Assembly (NCBI GenBank): GCA_048938445.1
Contig: JBHLME010000095.1
Span: forward strand, 1 to 17,398
Reading direction: 5' to 3'
Source of the DNA: Promethearchaeota archaeon
GTDB lineage: Archaea; Asgardarchaeota; Lokiarchaeia; Sigyniarchaeales; SOKP01
DNA: 17,398 nt
The notes under the pieces are model-generated. The model was given only the letters and a program-made list of their open reading frames with translations, was not told the origin of the DNA and searched no databases. Shown one piece after another: positions 14,574 through 17,398 of this stretch (position 1 is its first letter; each line of letters begins with the position of its first letter). The position numbers were made by a program, and so were the translations under genes.

Positions 14574-15938
14574 ATGTCGAGAAAATTTTCTAAAAAACCT
14601 CTAAGAGGGATGAAAGATTTTTTCCCATCAGACTTACGAGAAGTTCAATGGGTTGAAGGAATTGTAAGGGATGTTGCAGATCTTTATTGCTATGAAGAAT
14701 TTGACACTCCCTTATTAGAACCTATAGAGATCTTTGCAGCAAAATCATCTGAAGAATTAGTCAATGAACAATCATTTGTTGTTGAAAAAAAAAAAGATGA
14801 GCGACTTATACTTAGACCTGAAATCACTCCTTCATTAGCACGTATGGTTGCTAGTAAATTGCAAGAATTTAAGAAACCGCTTAGATGGTTTTCGATTCCA
14901 ATATGCTATAGATATGAGCGTCCGCAACGTGGTAGGATGAGGAGTTTTCGTCAGATTAATTTCGATATTCTCGGAGAAGATAATCTTCATGCTGAACTCG
15001 AAATGTTCAATATCATTATAGATATTTTAACTAGTTTTGGAGCAACATCCAAACAATTCCAGATTTATTATAACAATAGACGGTTTATAGATGCTATATG
15101 TGATTTAGTCCTGAAGATTCCTGATGATAAAATGCCACTTGTGTATAAGGTCATTGATAAATCTGAAAAAATGGATGATAAAGAATTTGAAAATTATGTT
15201 TCAGAATCATTTCAAGAGGATTTCATCACGCAAGGTATCTTGAAATTAAAGAATAGTAAGAATTTGGAGGATTTATTAAGTAATTTCAAAGATTTAGATG
15301 ATGGATTTTATGAAACTAAAGGATATAAAGAAATAAAGAAATTGGAAGACCTCATTGCAATTAATAATATTTCTGATTATTGTTCTTTTTCTTCTAGTGT
15401 AGTACGTGGATTAGATTATTATACTGGTACTGTTTTTGAAGTATTTGATACCGGAACAGAAAACATCCGTGCTATTTCAGGAGGTGGAAGGTATGATGAT
15501 TTACTTTCATTATTTTCTGATGATAAATTATCTGGTGTTGGTTTTGGAATGGGTGTATTGATGCTCTCTCTCTTTTTGAAAACATATGATCTCATTCCAG
15601 AATATGCCGGGAATAAGGATTATACTGATGTGATCTATCTGATTCCAATAAACGAAAGTGTAGCTCCTTATGCAAATAAGGTTGCTAAAATCATCAGAGA
15701 AGAGGATTTACCATGCCTCGTGGATTATAAATTTAAAAACTTGAAAACCCAATTGAAAAAAGCAAGTGATCTTGGGGTACTAATCGTTTTGATTTTTGGA
15801 CCTAAAGAAATGGATAAGAATCAGATAACATTGAAAAATATGAAGACAGAAGAACAAAAAACCGTTGAGACTGATAACATTATAGATGAAATTTTCGAAT
15901 TAATTGACGATTTTGGAGATACAATTCCAGATGAGTAA
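14574..15938 (+). CDS. hisS: Histidine--tRNA ligase
   Basis: RGMKDF, LRPEITPSLAR, motif 2 YRYERPQRGR.R.F.Q, HisA motif VRGLDYYTG, GGGRYD, motif 3 GVGFGMG and a C-terminal anticodon-binding domain. Confidence 0.97.
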   Translation: MSRKFSKKPLRGMKDFFPSDLREVQWVEGIVRDVADLYCYEEFDTPLLEPIEIFAAKSSEELVNEQSFVVEKKKDERLILRPEITPSLARMVASKLQEFKKPLRWFSIPICYRYERPQRGRMRSFRQINFDILGEDNLHAELEMFNIIIDILTSFGATSKQFQIYYNNRRFIDAICDLVLKIPDDKMPLVYKVIDKSEKMDDKEFENYVSESFQEDFITQGILKLKNSKNLEDLLSNFKDLDDGFYETKGYKEIKKLEDLIAINNISDYCSFSSSVVRGLDYYTGTVFEVFDTGTENIRAISGGGRYDDLLSLFSDDKLSGVGFGMGVLMLSLFLKTYDLIPEYAGNKDYTDVIYLIPINESVAPYANKVAKIIREEDLPCLVDYKFKNLKTQLKKASDLGVLIVLIFGPKEMDKNQITLKNMKTEEQKTVETDNIIDEIFELIDDFGDTIPDE

Positions 15939-15998
15939 GATATTTTATTTAAAAAATGATAAAAATTCAATTTATACGAGTTAGGTGTGATAGAAATT

Positions 15999-16748
15999 AT
16001 GCTATGGGCTGAAGAGAAAGAAAAACTAGGTAAAGAGATATTGGAATTATTATACGACGCAAACATGATAGATACATGGTATAAATCAAGGCCTGAAGGG
16101 TGGATTTTATTTTCAGGTTTATGGAGCCCTTTATATATTAATTTGAGGCATCTTGGAAGTTTTCCTTCAATCTTAAAAAAAATTGGATATGCTTTAGGAC
16201 GATTAATTCAAGAAGAATGTAATAACATTGACTTGTTAATAGGAATAGCATCTGCAGGCGTTCCAATTGCCACGGCAATTTCATTAGAGAATGACATTCC
16301 AATGAGTTATACAAGGAAATTGGAAGGAGTTAAAACTTTAGAAGATTTTCAAGAAAAAATATCTGAATATGGTCAGCACAACCTAGTTGAGGGAATTATT
16401 AAAGAAGGAGATAATGTTGCATTAGTAGATGATTTAGTTACAAAATTAGGCAGTAAACTAATTGCACTCGAACAACTCAAAACTGAAGCCTCAAAAAGAA
16501 ATATTAATATTACTTGTAAAAACATCATTGTGATTTTAGATCGAGAGCAAGGTGCTAAAGAACTGGCTAAAAAAAATGGTCTTGTTCTCTCATCGTTAAT
16601 TCCGTTTAATTCAAAAGGGATTCATTGGTTAAAAGATAAATTCTCTGATATTGAAAATCAAATAATAAATGATTATCTTATCAATACAGAAAAATATCAA
16701 GATATTGAAACACGAGAAGAATTAAAAAGTCTAAGCATTAAGAATTAA
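15999..16748 (+). CDS. pyrE: Orotate phosphoribosyltransferase-like protein (type I PRTase); ATG 15999 preferred over GTG 15987
   Basis: L.SG..SP.YINLR, GIASAGVPIA, YTRK....YG....VEG, the PRPP-binding motif VALVDDLVTKLGSK, and VILDREQGA. AGGTGTGA (15983-15990) is positioned as the SD for ATG 15999. Confidence 0.82.
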   Translation: MLWAEEKEKLGKEILELLYDANMIDTWYKSRPEGWILFSGLWSPLYINLRHLGSFPSILKKIGYALGRLIQEECNNIDLLIGIASAGVPIATAISLENDIPMSYTRKLEGVKTLEDFQEKISEYGQHNLVEGIIKEGDNVALVDDLVTKLGSKLIALEQLKTEASKRNINITCKNIIVILDREQGAKELAKKNGLVLSSLIPFNSKGIHWLKDKFSDIENQIINDYLINTEKYQDIETREELKSLSIKN

Positions 16749-16852
16749 GTATATTTCATTTATAAGAATTTTTTTTTTGAATTAAATGAGTTAACCAATA
16801 AAATTTTCGACTTAGATTTGGAATTTCATTCCATTTTCTAAAATCATTCTAA

Positions 16853-17398
16853 TCATTTATAATCAGGATTATATTTCCTTAATTCATTTTCTATGATTTC
16901 TTTTACTTTTATTACAGTAAATTCTCGGAGTTCTTCACTAGTAATTTTTTTTTCTTCACTTGGAATCAAAGGTTCAGTAATATCATAACGTAATTTAAGA
17001 TCAGCTTCTATTTTGGCCACTCCAAAAACAAGAGAAAAAATAAAATAGACAAGTGGTTCAATTTTTGGCATTTTAAGCTTATTTTTTTCTAAAACCTCAT
17101 TTATCCTTTTAAATCCAGATTCAAATAAATTAAAACGCTTATAATTTTTCTCTAATGGACCAATTTTGCGGGATTTTGGTGCATTAATTAAGAACATCAT
17201 TTTAAATCTATTATAATCAGATGCAGCAAATTCTAAGAAGAATTCAACCCAATTTAAAAAAAATTGAATTACATTACTCTCATATTTGTCATATAGCTTT
17301 TGTAAACCATCTTGATATTGGCTAAAATAGCGTTTTCTAATTCCAATCCATAACTCTCTCTTACTTGAAAAATAGTTATACATGAATGCTTCGGACAT
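16853..17398 (-). CDS. TetR/AcrR-family transcriptional regulator, 5'-truncated by the window edge
   Basis: Begins within the HTH recognition helix (MSEAFMYNYFSSKRELW, matching the YxYFxSKxEL pattern), followed by an all-helical ligand-binding domain. The first HTH helices lie outside the window. Confidence 0.8.
   Translation of the reverse strand: MSEAFMYNYFSSKRELWIGIRKRYFSQYQDGLQKLYDKYESNVIQFFLNWVEFFLEFAASDYNRFKMMFLINAPKSRKIGPLEKNYKRFNLFESGFKRINEVLEKNKLKMPKIEPLVYFIFSLVFGVAKIEADLKLRYDITEPLIPSEEKKITSEELREFTVIKVKEIIENELRKYNPDYK

Noticed and set aside
14785-14795. A11 homopolymer in hisS as a possible phase-variation or frameshift site
   Set aside because: The frame is intact (EKKKD), the gene is essential, and long A/T runs are common at this GC content.
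12906-16066. ORFs 12906-13097 (+) and 15821-16066 (-)
   Set aside because: They overlap the TPR, hisS and pyrE genes on the opposite strand and have no independent support.
1-17398. tRNA/rRNA genes, IS elements, integrases, prophage or defence island
   Set aside because: The intergenic regions are short and AT-rich with no GC-rich structured segments, and I saw no transposase, integrase, nuclease or capsid motifs.

Overview
AT-rich (roughly 30% GC by eye), gene-dense archaeal chromosomal segment with 16 credible protein-coding genes, two of them cut by the window edges. I found no RNA genes, CRISPR array or mobile element. The gene styles (GGTGA-type ribosome-binding sites, oligo-T terminators, a CxxC..CxxH zinc-ribbon family protein, a CdrS-like RHH protein, TPR proteins) suggest an Asgard archaeon, probably Lokiarchaeia; this is an inference from recalled family patterns, not a search result. 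Content in order: a hypothetical protein (5' truncated), an RHH regulator, a Zn-dependent MDR dehydrogenase, an MBL-fold hydrolase, an LsrF-type thiolase/aldolase, a Zn-ribbon protein, a DUF4332/HhH-linker-transglutaminase-like fusion, an EamA transporter, an ABC ATPase plus permease, a MaoC/hydratase-2, a tautomerase-family protein, a QueG-like Fe-S protein, two TPR proteins, hisS, a pyrE-like PRTase and a TetR regulator (5' truncated). The most notable points are: (1) the HhH-(PKK)n-Cys/His/Asp fusion, a candidate nucleic-acid-targeted protease or transglutaminase; (2) an ABC ATPase whose conserved N-terminus has no canonical start codon and lies just after an in-frame ATG-TGA; (3) lsrF without other lsr genes, near a polyol-type dehydrogenase; (4) a tautomerase lacking the catalytic Pro-1.
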